The notes beneath the pieces were generated by a model. The model was not told where the DNA came from and did not search any database. It worked only from the letters and a program-made list of their open reading frames with translations. The position numbers and the translations under genes are program-made. Shown here one piece after another: positions 27,310 through 36,579 of a stretch of DNA of 64,000 nucleotides (position 1 is its first letter; each line of letters opens with the position of its first letter). Source of the DNA: an uncultured Thermoplasmata archaeon (GTDB lineage: Archaea; Thermoplasmatota; Thermoplasmata; RBG-16-68-12); the NCBI GenBank assembly GCA_963768855.1, contig CAVYJM010000021.1, positions 32,001 to 96,000 on the forward strand, given 5' to 3'.

Positions 27310-28540
27310 GTCTCCCGGATTTCCAGATCATCCGGACGTTCTCGGGCTTCGTCAGGACCGCGAGGTCCTGTGCGGGGTTCTTCGCGATGACGAGGATGTC
27401 CGCGTCGTAGCCCTCCTTGAGCTGTCCGGATTTCGGTGCCTGCGGGCCGAGGGTCAGCGGCCCCGTCGCGGTGGCGGCCTCGATGGCCTGCAGCGGTTTC
27501 ATCCCCGCCTCCTGGAGGTTCGTCAGCTCGAAGGCGTTCTGGCCCCAGTCCGCATAGCCCGTGACGCCCGTCGTGATGATGTCCGTCCCCGCGGCGATCC
27601 GCACTCCCTTCCGGACCGCGAGCCGAAGCGCCTCCTCATGGCGTCCGACCACCGGGACGATTTTCCGGAGGATGTACTCGGGCGAGCCCATCGCCGCAGC
27701 GGACTTCGCGAGTCGGTCGATGATGAACCGCGTCGGCACGAGGATCGCCTTCTTCTGCAGAAGGAGGTCCGCGGCCTCCTCGTCCAGGTACGTCCCGTGC
27801 TCGATCGTCCTGCAGCCCGCCTCGAGGGCCGCCATGATGCCCGGCTTGCCGTGGCAGTGCGCGGCGACGATCCGCTCCGCGCGGCCCGCCTCCTCGACGA
27901 TCGCGCGGAGCTCCTCCATCGAGAATTCCTGGTGGATCGGATGGTCCACCTCGCTCGCGACGCCGCCCGAGGCGCAGATCTTGATCACTCGCGCGTTGAG
28001 GCGCAGCATGGACCGGACGGCCTTCAGGCACTCCGGCACGCCGTCGCACAGAGCGCTCATCATCGTGCGCTCGAGCACCTCCGTCGTGAAAGGAAGGGGC
28101 AGTGCGTGGAGGTCCCCGTGGCCTCCCGTCGGGCTGATCATCCCGCCCGCGGCGTAGACGTGAGGTCCCGGGATGCTCCCCTCGTCGATGGCCCGCGCGA
28201 GGTAGATGCCGAGCCCCGCGACCTCCCGTACGCTCGTGAATCCGGCCTGGAGGCACCGCCCCGCGTCGGCCGCGGCCCGGGCGGCGAGCACGGCGACCGG
28301 GGTGCGGGCGCCTTCCTCGACGTTCGTGGTCTTGAGCCCCATGAAGTGCCCGTGGCAGTCCCACATCCCCGGCATGACCGCAGGGACGCGGCGGGTCTTC
28401 GCGTCGGTGGGGGCCTTGGGGGCGCCCTCGATCGGGCCCGCATAGGTGATTGTGGTCCCCTCGAACACAACGCAGCCGTTCTTCACGACCTCCCCGCGGC
28501 CGGGGATCAGCACATCGGCCTCGATCCGCTCCAGACTCAT
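27287..28540 (-). CDS. Metal-dependent amidohydrolase (Xaa-Pro dipeptidase-like)
   Basis: PGMWDCHGH, GFTSVRE, IKICASGG, AHCHG, IEHG, AGTD, GYDADI. Confidence 0.9.
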   Translation of the reverse strand: MSLERIEADVLIPGRGEVVKNGCVVFEGTTITYAGPIEGAPKAPTDAKTRRVPAVMPGMWDCHGHFMGLKTTNVEEGARTPVAVLAARAAADAGRCLQAGFTSVREVAGLGIYLARAIDEGSIPGPHVYAAGGMISPTGGHGDLHALPLPFTTEVLERTMMSALCDGVPECLKAVRSMLRLNARVIKICASGGVASEVDHPIHQEFSMEELRAIVEEAGRAERIVAAHCHGKPGIMAALEAGCRTIEHGTYLDEEAADLLLQKKAILVPTRFIIDRLAKSAAAMGSPEYILRKIVPVVGRHEEALRLAVRKGVRIAAGTDIITTGVTGYADWGQNAFELTNLQEAGMKPLQAIEAATATGPLTLGPQAPKSGQLKEGYDADILVIAKNPAQDLAVLTKPENVRMIWKSGRLMKDLGA

Positions 28541-28599
28541 TCCTCCCCCGCGGGGGAAACCGCGGGGGTCAATAAGAATTCGCTGAATCCACGCGGACC

Positions 28600-29169
28600 T
28601 CAGGATTCGTCGGCCTGTTGCTGCTCCGCGACCAGGTCCGCGATGGTCGGGTGGCCTACCCCGCCTCCGAGGGACTCGATGCGGTCCCCCGCGCCGACCT
28701 CACCCTCTTCGAGGACCCGCAGGTAGAACCCGGTGCGTCCGCTCGCGAGGAAGCGGTCGATGAGGTCCTCCCGCCCGAACTTGATGCCGAGCTTGTAGCA
28801 GGGGAACCGCGGCTTCGTGACCGCGAGGAGCGCAGACCCGATGCGGTACGTGTCCCCCACCCGGACCGCCGCCTCGGAGAGACCGGAGACGGTCAGGTTC
28901 TCCCCGAACGCGCCCCAGGGGAGCGGCGTCTCGGGCAGCTCGGCCTCCCAGAACGCGTAGTGCTCGCTCGGGTAGAGGTAGACCGCCTTGAGTGGGCCGC
29001 CATGGACCGCGAGATCAGCCTGTTCGTCGCCCTCGAGGCCGAGGGCCCGGACACGCACCCTCCGGGACACGGGCTCCTTGAAGATCCCCGTCCGGACGCT
29101 CCGTCCCTTCCACGGGACGGTTCGGCCGAGCGCGACGTTCACGGACAGGACTCGCCCTGCCTCGCTCAC
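28600..29169 (-). CDS. MOSC domain protein (YiiM-like)
   Basis: TGIFK.PV, DEQADL.VHGGPLKAV, FGENLT, PRFPCYKL, GRTGFYLRV. Confidence 0.9.
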   Translation of the reverse strand: MSEAGRVLSVNVALGRTVPWKGRSVRTGIFKEPVSRRVRVRALGLEGDEQADLAVHGGPLKAVYLYPSEHYAFWEAELPETPLPWGAFGENLTVSGLSEAAVRVGDTYRIGSALLAVTKPRFPCYKLGIKFGREDLIDRFLASGRTGFYLRVLEEGEVGAGDRIESLGGGVGHPTIADLVAEQQQADES

Positions 29170-30140
29170 CGACCCAGCACCTTCTGGTCGAACGTGAACT
29201 TCGGGGAGCGGCCCCGGTCGTTCGCGAGATACCAGGCGTACGCCTCCGCGAGGCCCTTGGTCGGATCGGTGGGCTGGAAGCCCAGGCTCCGCTGCGCCTT
29301 TTCGATGCTGACGCGGAAGTCGACCTCCGCATCGAGGGTGGCGCCGAAGTACATCGAGGCCCCGATCGCGGTGCCGCCCGCCGCGCGGATCTTCTCGCGG
29401 GGCACGAACACCTTCTCGACGGGTCTCCCTGCCACGCGCGCGAGGAGGTCGATGAACTCGGCGTGGGTCACCGGTTCGGCGTCCGCGATATTGAACGCCT
29501 GCCCCTTGCCCGCGGGATTCTCGAGGCACTCGGCGAGCGCCCAGGCGACGTCCTTCGCGGCGGCCCAGTGGAAGAGGGTTCGCCCGCCGTCGGGTATGAT
29601 CACGGGCCGTCCAGCCACGATGCGGTCCCAGAACCACGCCTCGCGCGGGATGTTGTTCCAGGGTCCATAGACGAAGGGCGGGCGGATCACGGACACGTCG
29701 AAGCGCCCGCCGCGGTGCGCGTCGAAGAGATAGTCCTCCGCGGCGATCTTGTCCTCGCTGTACGAACCGAGGGAGGGATCCCGTGGCCCGTCCTCGGTGA
29801 AGGGCAACGGGCCATCTCGGTACACGGACACGGAGCTGAGGTAGACGTACTTCCTCGTCGTGCCCTCGAGCGCGTCCGCGACGTAGCCGATCTCCCGGGC
29901 GCCCGTCCCGGAGTCCCAGGCGTACGCGACGTCCACGACGCCATCGTAGCGAGTCCCGTGCAGCGCGTGCGAGACGGAGGATACGTCGAGGCGATCTCCG
30001 AGGACTTCCGTCACCTGATCGCCGAACGGGCTGGGTGTCTTCCCGCGATGGAAGACCGTGACCTGATGGCCGCGTGCGAGGAGTTCCTGGACCGTGTGGC
30101 GACCGATGAACCGCGTGCCCCCAATGACCAGGACCCGCAT
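29166..30140 (-). CDS. NAD-dependent epimerase/dehydratase (atypical SDR)
   Basis: VLVIGGTRFIG, YLSSVSVY, Y...K..AE, RPPFVYGP. Confidence 0.88.
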   Translation of the reverse strand: MRVLVIGGTRFIGRHTVQELLARGHQVTVFHRGKTPSPFGDQVTEVLGDRLDVSSVSHALHGTRYDGVVDVAYAWDSGTGAREIGYVADALEGTTRKYVYLSSVSVYRDGPLPFTEDGPRDPSLGSYSEDKIAAEDYLFDAHRGGRFDVSVIRPPFVYGPWNNIPREAWFWDRIVAGRPVIIPDGGRTLFHWAAAKDVAWALAECLENPAGKGQAFNIADAEPVTHAEFIDLLARVAGRPVEKVFVPREKIRAAGGTAIGASMYFGATLDAEVDFRVSIEKAQRSLGFQPTDPTKGLAEAYAWYLANDRGRSPKFTFDQKVLGR

Positions 30141-30181
30141 CGGCGATGGCAGACCGCGCGTCGCACATCAAGCTTCGTTGT

Positions 30182-30571
30182 TCAGGTCCGGATGGCGGCG
30201 GATCGGGCGGGCCGTCGCCCGGCTCGCGCGGAGCGGAGCAGTCGCTTCACCGCGTCGACCTCCCTGTCCGCCGTCACCAAGGACACCATGCGCTCACACG
30301 TGATCGTGCTGTCCTCGTCACAGACGATGGAGTACCCGCGGGCGCTCAGCTGGGCGAGGTGCTCGCTGTGGTCCGCGAGCCGCTGCGGGCTCACGGAGGG
30401 TCGCTCGGGGAAAGGATCCAGGACGACCTCGATGAAGACGGCCGGTTTCCGGGCGGGAACCGTCCGCGCTCCCAGCCCAATCCGGAATCCCGGCCCCCGC
30501 GCCACCGAGGCGTACGCCTCGCCTTCGTCCGAATGCCGCGCCCGCTCCAGGAGCGACTTAGCGTTCACCAT
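30182..30571 (-). CDS. Hypothetical protein
   Basis: 129-aa ORF co-oriented with neighbours; plausible composition only. Confidence 0.45.
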   Translation of the reverse strand: MVNAKSLLERARHSDEGEAYASVARGPGFRIGLGARTVPARKPAVFIEVVLDPFPERPSVSPQRLADHSEHLAQLSARGYSIVCDEDSTITCERMVSLVTADREVDAVKRLLRSARAGRRPARSAAIRT

Positions 30572-30598
30572 GGGATGCGCCTCCAGGGGATGTCGCGC

Positions 30599-31768
30599 TC
30601 AGTCCTTCCCGAATCTTCGGAACAGGAGGATGCCCACGGCGAGGATGACGGTGCTCGCAAGGCTCACCATGGCGAGGTCGCCGAGGACCACGGCGTTCGA
30701 CGCAGGCACGCCGCGGAGGAACAGGTTCGTGAGCGCGTCCGTCACGTAGTACGCGGGAACGAACCGACCCGCGGTCGCCGTGACCGTCGAGGGCGCCATC
30801 CCGGACACGAAGGTCCCGAGGAACATCTGCGGGATGATGAACAGGAAGGCGATGCCCGTGGCGGCCGAGGAGGACTTCGCGAGCGTCGCCGTGATCAGGC
30901 CGAAGCCCACGCACGCCACTGCAAGGACCGACACGAGGAGGAAGGCCATCGCGAGTCCCGCGACGTCCGTGCTCGGGCGGTAGCCGATCGCGAAAGCCAC
31001 CGCAAAGACCAGTCCGACCTGGGCGACGCCAAGAACCATGTTCGACAGCACCTGGGAGGTCATGAACTCGGAGGGCGTCAGCGGAGTCGTGTTCAGTCGG
31101 CGGAGGCGCCCGTCCTCGCGGTCCGCGGAGAACGATCCGCCGACCGTCATTGTGATGAAGATGGCGCCGTAGGCGAAGACTCCGGGCACGAGGTAGTCGA
31201 AGGCGGCGCGGCGCGCGACGGCCACCAGGGCGGGGCTGCCGATCGTGATCGGCAGGGAGGCCGAGGCGCTCACGGTCCCTTCCAGGGTCCGCGCGAGGGC
31301 TTGGGCGACGATGGGCGGGATCGCCTGCGTCGCGACCATGGAGCCCTGATCCACGTAGAGCGCGAGGCTCGTGTAGATCCACGTGCTCGTGTTCCCCGGT
31401 GCGGCGCGGTACGCGTCCGCACTTGCGCCAAATTCCGCGGGGATGACCAAGACGGCCTGCAGGTTCCCGACCTGGAGGTCCGCCTGGGCCGTGTCGTTGG
31501 CCGCATACGCACGGGTCTGGAGGATCTGGGTCGCGGTCAGGTTCGCGACCAAGGCCGTGGACCAGTGCGCCGAAGGACCGGCGGCGTTCAGGTCGACGAT
31601 CCCCACCTGGTACGTGGTCGCACCGCTCCCGCCGATGCCGCCGAACGTGACGCCGAAGACGATCGTGAGCATCACGGGGAACAGGAGGATGATGAAGAGC
31701 GAGGCCGGCTCGCGCACGGTGTGCTTGAGATCCTTTCGGACGAGGGCGAAGACTCGCTGGCGGTTCAT
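30599..31768 (-). CDS. ABC-2 type exporter permease
   Basis: ALVRKDLK, six TM helices, DREDGRLRRL.TTP. Confidence 0.9.
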   Translation of the reverse strand: MNRQRVFALVRKDLKHTVREPASLFIILLFPVMLTIVFGVTFGGIGGSGATTYQVGIVDLNAAGPSAHWSTALVANLTATQILQTRAYAANDTAQADLQVGNLQAVLVIPAEFGASADAYRAAPGNTSTWIYTSLALYVDQGSMVATQAIPPIVAQALARTLEGTVSASASLPITIGSPALVAVARRAAFDYLVPGVFAYGAIFITMTVGGSFSADREDGRLRRLNTTPLTPSEFMTSQVLSNMVLGVAQVGLVFAVAFAIGYRPSTDVAGLAMAFLLVSVLAVACVGFGLITATLAKSSSAATGIAFLFIIPQMFLGTFVSGMAPSTVTATAGRFVPAYYVTDALTNLFLRGVPASNAVVLGDLAMVSLASTVILAVGILLFRRFGKD

Positions 31769-31769
31769 C

Positions 31770-32516
31770 TCACATCCCCTCCCGGATCCGGCGGCCCGTG
31801 AGCTTGAGGAAGACCTCCTCGAGATCCTTCGCGCCGTTCTGCTCCCGCAACTCGGCGGGCGTCCCGAGGGCGATGAGCTTCCCGTGGTCGATGATCGCGA
31901 CGCGGTCGCACAGGGCCTCGGCCTCCTCCATGTAGTGGGTCGTGAGGACGACGGTCCGCCGCCGCTCTTTGAGGCCGCGGATGAACTCCCAGACCGCGTG
32001 ACGCGACTGGGGATCCAGGCCCGTCGTGGGCTCGTCGAGGAACGCGATCTGGGGGTCTCCGATGAGGGCGGTCGCCAGGCTGATGCGCCGCTTCATTCCG
32101 CCGCTGTAGCCCTTCACCTTCCGGTCCGCCTCCCCGTCGAGCCCCATCTGACCCAGGAGGGCCTCCGCCCGGCGCCGCAGTTCCTCCCGCGGCACGCCGT
32201 AGAGGTCGCCGAAGAGGAGGACGTTCTCGCGTCCAGTCAGGTACGGGAAGATGCTGAAGTCCTGAGGGCAGACTCCGATCATCTCCTTGACCGCGGGGGC
32301 TTCCTTCGGGAGGGGGTGGCCTCCCACGCTCGCGCTCCCCGCGGTGGGCTCCAGGAGTCCGCACAGGATGTTGATCATCGTGCTCTTCCCAGCCCCGTTG
32401 GGTCCGAGGAGGCCGAACAGCTCGCCCTCCGCGATCCGCAGGGTCAGTCCCTGGAGGGCCGCCGTCTCGCCGAACCGCTTCTCGAGGCCTTGAACCTCGA
32501 TTGCCGCACCGGACAT
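31770..32516 (-). CDS. ABC-2 type exporter ATP-binding protein
   Basis: GPNGAGKST, YSGGMKRR, FLDEPTTGLD, LTTHYMEEA. Confidence 0.95.
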   Translation of the reverse strand: MSGAAIEVQGLEKRFGETAALQGLTLRIAEGELFGLLGPNGAGKSTMINILCGLLEPTAGSASVGGHPLPKEAPAVKEMIGVCPQDFSIFPYLTGRENVLLFGDLYGVPREELRRRAEALLGQMGLDGEADRKVKGYSGGMKRRISLATALIGDPQIAFLDEPTTGLDPQSRHAVWEFIRGLKERRRTVVLTTHYMEEAEALCDRVAIIDHGKLIALGTPAELREQNGAKDLEEVFLKLTGRRIREGM

Positions 32517-32665
32517 GTTTCGCCTCGTCCGTCGCAAACAATCAGGAGGGGATAGTTGCGCGTTCGTCCCTGCCTCATGAAAGCGGTCTCTTGGACCCGG
32601 TCCCGTGTCCCATGCGTTCGGCGGTCACCGCGGAAAACGGACATCCGCCGGGAGAGAAACCCGCG

Positions 32666-33580
32666 TCAGCCCGATTGTTCCTTCGGCCCCGCCCACTTCA
32701 TCAGAAGCGCGTCCCGCCACGTATCGAACAAGTGGCCCGTGTAGAGGACGTTCGGGACCGCCCGCGCGAACGGCTCTTCCTTCTGGATTCGCGCCTGGAG
32801 GTCCCGCAGGTCCTTCATCGAGCCGGTCCAAGTCGCGACGAGAAGAAGGCGCGGGAGGTTGCTCAGGGGCATCGCGAAAAGGAGGTTGCCCCCGTAGCGG
32901 TTCCAAAGGAGCGCGGAGGCCTGCTCCCGATTCGCAGCGGGCCGGAGTTCGAGCTCCCACATGCAGATGATGTCGTTCGCGACATCCGGATACCACTCCA
33001 TCGAGAGCTCGGCGGACTGCTCCTGCACCATCCGCTGGAGCCGCCGGCCCACCGTCTTCGTGGAGATGCCCAACTCCTCCGCGACGTCCGCGATGGACTT
33101 CCGCGCGTCCCGGTGCAGGGCGCGGAGAATCCGGCAGTCCAGACGGTCCAGGACGGGCTCCTCCGGCAGGCCGGCTCCCATGGGCAGGAGGCCGATGACC
33201 GGATCGGCGATTTCGGCCTCCTTCGCGATGAAGGAGACGACGGCATCGAGTTCGGCCGCCGAGCGGAGGTACGCGCCGACGTAGAGGACGCCCGCCCCCG
33301 CGACGGTAGCCCAGTAGATGTGGTCATCCCGCTTCAGGCGCTCCAGGATCGCCTCGGTGGGGGCCCCCCGTGACGTCCCCCAGACCAGGAGGGTGGTTGC
33401 CTGCAGCCGGAAGAGGCCGATCCTCGCCGTGAACGCCTTGATGATCCCTGCGGCCCGCAAGGACTCGATTCGACCGTGGACGGCCGCGACGGAGAGGCCG
33501 AGCTTGTCCCCGAGCTCCCGGACGGGCGTCCGCGAGTTCTGCAGGAGGAGGAGACACAGGGCGAGGTCTGTCTTGTCCAT
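32666..33580 (-). CDS. Transcriptional regulator with two Lrp/AsnC-type wHTH domains
   Basis: MDKTDL...L.NSRTPVRELGDKLGLSV.AV..RI and LDRLDCRILRAL.RDARKS..DVAEELGIS..TV.RRL. Confidence 0.85.
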   Translation of the reverse strand: MDKTDLALCLLLLQNSRTPVRELGDKLGLSVAAVHGRIESLRAAGIIKAFTARIGLFRLQATTLLVWGTSRGAPTEAILERLKRDDHIYWATVAGAGVLYVGAYLRSAAELDAVVSFIAKEAEIADPVIGLLPMGAGLPEEPVLDRLDCRILRALHRDARKSIADVAEELGISTKTVGRRLQRMVQEQSAELSMEWYPDVANDIICMWELELRPAANREQASALLWNRYGGNLLFAMPLSNLPRLLLVATWTGSMKDLRDLQARIQKEEPFARAVPNVLYTGHLFDTWRDALLMKWAGPKEQSG

Positions 33581-33656
33581 GTCCGGCCCGCGAACAGTCG
33601 GCGGGCGGTTAAACCTCGCGCCTGGGCTATTCCTCCACGACGGGCGGCCCTCAAGC

Positions 33657-34469
33657 TCACGCGCCGTGCGGTGCCGCCCGCACGAGGGATCGGACGTTCT
33701 CCTCCGTGACCTGGGAGACCGCCTCGCGGAACCATTCGATCGCCTTGCGGCACATCTCCGCAAGATCCTCGGGGGAGCGCACGAAGGAGAGCCCCTCGAG
33801 CCTCTGGACGACGTCGGAAGGGAGTTCGAAGTAGACGTACCGCACGCTGTACCCGTGGTGCGCGGGGTAGTGGCGCATCCGCAGCACTTGGGTCAGGGAG
33901 TCCAGGACGATCCGCTGGTATGCTTCTAGGGCGCCAAGCCAGTTGTGGCGGTGGAGTTCCTTGGACACGAAGGGGCCGAAGAGGGCCATCCGCAGGGCGA
34001 GGCGGTCGCGGCGCTCCAGGACCTTCTTCACGAACCCATCCACGTCGAGGGACGGCATCTTCACCGCATCTCCCTTATTGAAGGAGAAGATCGCGCGTCC
34101 ATGGAGCTCCGGCTCCAGGAACTTGTCCGGCGCAGAACGCTTGAGGACCGCCAGGTCCACGAGGAGGTACTCGCTCGTGCGTTCGAGGCGGTAGAAAGCC
34201 TGGGCGATCCCGCTCTCCGCCGGCCATGCGGGCTCGTACTTCCGCCGGATCGGCGAGAGGCTGCCGAGCGCGTCCTCCACGGCCCGGAACGTCGCATCGA
34301 CCCGGTCGTCCGCCGCCACGATATACAAGTCGATGTCGGACCATTCATCGAGCCGGTCGAACGCGGCCGCGCCGCCCTCCCACATCGCGTCCACGAAGGG
34401 AAGCGGCTCGAGCGCTGCGACGAGGGCGGAGAGGATTGCTTCGCGGTTCACGGGGTAGGTGTCGGGCAT
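33657..34469 (-). CDS. Nucleotidyltransferase-domain protein (MNT fold, LinB/AadK-like architecture)
   Basis: GGAAAFDRLDEWSDIDL (G-G...DxD), VDL, helical C-terminal domain. Confidence 0.7.
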   Translation of the reverse strand: MPDTYPVNREAILSALVAALEPLPFVDAMWEGGAAAFDRLDEWSDIDLYIVAADDRVDATFRAVEDALGSLSPIRRKYEPAWPAESGIAQAFYRLERTSEYLLVDLAVLKRSAPDKFLEPELHGRAIFSFNKGDAVKMPSLDVDGFVKKVLERRDRLALRMALFGPFVSKELHRHNWLGALEAYQRIVLDSLTQVLRMRHYPAHHGYSVRYVYFELPSDVVQRLEGLSFVRSPEDLAEMCRKAIEWFREAVSQVTEENVRSLVRAAPHGA

Positions 34470-34570
34470 GGGGTCCCACGGATGCGGGAGCCCCTGGCTC
34501 GGGATAAAGGATGCGAGGGATGTGGCTATATGTCCGCATCCGGCTTCCCGATTCGCGGGAAGGGACCATC

Positions 34571-35395
34571 GTGTCGAGCCTCGAGGGGAAGACCCTCTTC
34601 ATCACGGGTGCGAGCCGCGGGATCGGGAAAGCCATCGCGCTCCGGGCGGCCCGAGACGGGGCGAACGTCGTGATCGCATCGAAGACGGTCGAGCCGCACC
34701 CGAAGCTGCCCGGGACGATCCACACCGCGGCGGCGGAGGTCGAGGCGGCGGGAGGACACGCCCTCCCCATCGCGACGGACATCCGGTTCGACGAGCAGGT
34801 CGAATCCGCCGTGGCGCACGCCGTGGAACGGTTCGGTGGCATCGACATCCTCGTGAACAACGCGTCCGCGATCTTCCTCGCGGGGACGCTCGACACCCCC
34901 ATGAAGCGCTACGACCTGATGTTCGACATCAACGCACGGGGCGCCTTCGTCTGCGCGCAGGCCTGCCTTCCGCACCTCAAGAAGGCCGCGAACCCGCACG
35001 TGCTCAACCTCTCGCCTCCCCTCTCCCTGGAACGCCGATGGTTCGCGCCCCATGCGGCCTACACGCTGTCGAAGTACGCGATGAGCGCCTGGGTCCTCGG
35101 GATGGCGGAGGAGTTCCGCGACGATGGCATCGCCTTCAACGCGCTCTGGCCGCGGACCACGATCGACACGGAGGCCATCCGCCTGATCCTGGGCGCGGAG
35201 ATGCGGCGCCGTTCGCGGAAGCCCGAGATCCTGGCGGATGCCGCGCACATCATCTTGACGAAGGACAGCCGCTCCTTCACCGGCCGTTTCTGCCTCGACG
35301 AAGAGGTGCTCCGGACCGCGGGCATCACGGATTTCTCGAAGTACCGCCACGAAGGCGTCTCCGAGGACGACCTGCTCCCGGACTACTTCGTCTAG
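34571..35395 (+). CDS. SDR oxidoreductase, HSDL2-like
   Basis: ITGASRGIG, EPHPKLPGTI, VNNASAI, YTLSKYAMS, NALWPRT.I.T, SRKPEI.ADAA. Confidence 0.9.
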   Translation: MSSLEGKTLFITGASRGIGKAIALRAARDGANVVIASKTVEPHPKLPGTIHTAAAEVEAAGGHALPIATDIRFDEQVESAVAHAVERFGGIDILVNNASAIFLAGTLDTPMKRYDLMFDINARGAFVCAQACLPHLKKAANPHVLNLSPPLSLERRWFAPHAAYTLSKYAMSAWVLGMAEEFRDDGIAFNALWPRTTIDTEAIRLILGAEMRRRSRKPEILADAAHIILTKDSRSFTGRFCLDEEVLRTAGITDFSKYRHEGVSEDDLLPDYFV

Positions 35396-35414
35396 ACGCA
35401 GGGTCCGAGGCCCG

Positions 35415-35963
35415 TCACCGCAGGACGTAGGCGCGGACGATCTGCGTCGACAAGTGCCGGAACGCGGCCTCGACGCTCTCCCCCGTCTTCGCGGAGGAGA
35501 GGAACGAGGGGCAGCCGAGCTGGGTCGCCTTCGCCGCCACGTCGGAGGGCGTGAGCGCCGCCTGGGCCGTGAGGTCCTTCTTGTTCGCCATCAGGACGAG
35601 GGGCACGGGACCCGTCACATCCTGAACCGCCCGGATCCATGCGTCGATCCCCTCGAGAGTGCTCTTCCGCGTGAGATCGACCACGGCGAGAATCCCGCGG
35701 CTTCCGTGGAAGTAGGCCTCCTTCGCGAGCTCGCGGAAGCCCGCCTGACCCATGATGTCCCAGACGTTCAGCTCGAGGGAGACGTGGAGGTCATTGTCTG
35801 GGAGGTCGACCGCCTCGACCTTCTTCGTGACCTTCGCGCCGAGCGTCAGGAGATACCGGTCATCGAACTGGTCCAGGACGTAGCGCCGGACGAGGGAGGT
35901 CTTCCCGACGGCCTTGTCGCCGACGAGGACGGCCTTCGCCATGACTCGGTGCGTCTCGGGCAT
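35415..35963 (-). CDS. Rab-like small GTPase
   Basis: G1 GDKAVGKT, G2 Y..TLG, G3 WDIMGQ, YFHGSRG (RabF-like), G4 NKKD, G5 SAKTG. Confidence 0.9.
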   Translation of the reverse strand: MPETHRVMAKAVLVGDKAVGKTSLVRRYVLDQFDDRYLLTLGAKVTKKVEAVDLPDNDLHVSLELNVWDIMGQAGFRELAKEAYFHGSRGILAVVDLTRKSTLEGIDAWIRAVQDVTGPVPLVLMANKKDLTAQAALTPSDVAAKATQLGCPSFLSSAKTGESVEAAFRHLSTQIVRAYVLR

Positions 35964-36120
35964 TGCCGTGCGCCCCCGCGGGCGCTTCCGGCCACGTCGC
36001 CTCTCCTCTTAACTCTTGCTCGGTGGCTACCCGCGGCGAGAGGCGGATGTCCTCGTCTGTATCGCGACCGATAGCCAAGCCCGTAAGTTCAAACCCCCCG
36101 AAGCGTGTCGTCCGCGTCGC

Positions 36121-36414
36121 ATGGCCGGAAAGGACGTCGCGGAGAAGCTCCTCCTCGTGGACCGCGATTTCATCGAGGCGCTCAAGCTCCACCTCCGCGC
36201 GAATCCCAAGGACAACGACGCCCTGGTCGCCCTGGGCCTCTTCATGCTCTCCCGCGGCGAGCCGGACAAGGCCCTCGACTGCTTCAACCGCGTGAGCCAG
36301 GCCGATCCGAAGTATCCCGGGATTTGGCGGTTCAAAGCCAAGGCGTTCGACGCGCTCGGGGACAAGGCCGCCGCCGAACAGAGCCGGTTGCGCGGCTCGG
36401 ACCCGCGCTCCTGA
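36121..36414 (+). CDS. Small tetratricopeptide repeat protein
   Basis: NP..NDALVALG...GEPDKALDCFNRV...DP.Y...W..KA.A...LG...A. Confidence 0.8.
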   Translation: MAGKDVAEKLLLVDRDFIEALKLHLRANPKDNDALVALGLFMLSRGEPDKALDCFNRVSQADPKYPGIWRFKAKAFDALGDKAAAEQSRLRGSDPRS

Positions 36415-36520
36415 GGACCGCCTCGCCACAGCCTAATCGACCTGCGGCGGGCGGGGGCCATCGAGCTCACGCCGGGAGCCCATGGGCCGGCTTGTCCGCT
36501 CCAGGAGGCCGGCTTCCGGA

Positions 36521-36550
36521 GGCATCCCGACACATGCCGGGCGAAGGCAT
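36521..36550. promoter_or_regulatory. Alternating GGCAT/ATGCC half-sites upstream of the HTH-alkyltransferase gene
   Basis: GGCAT-N8-ATGCC-N7-GGCAT ending at a TATA-like CATATCAT about 25 nt before ATG 36580. Confidence 0.3.
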
Positions 36551-36579
36551 ATCATCCGCGAGCGCGTTAGGCGACGGCT

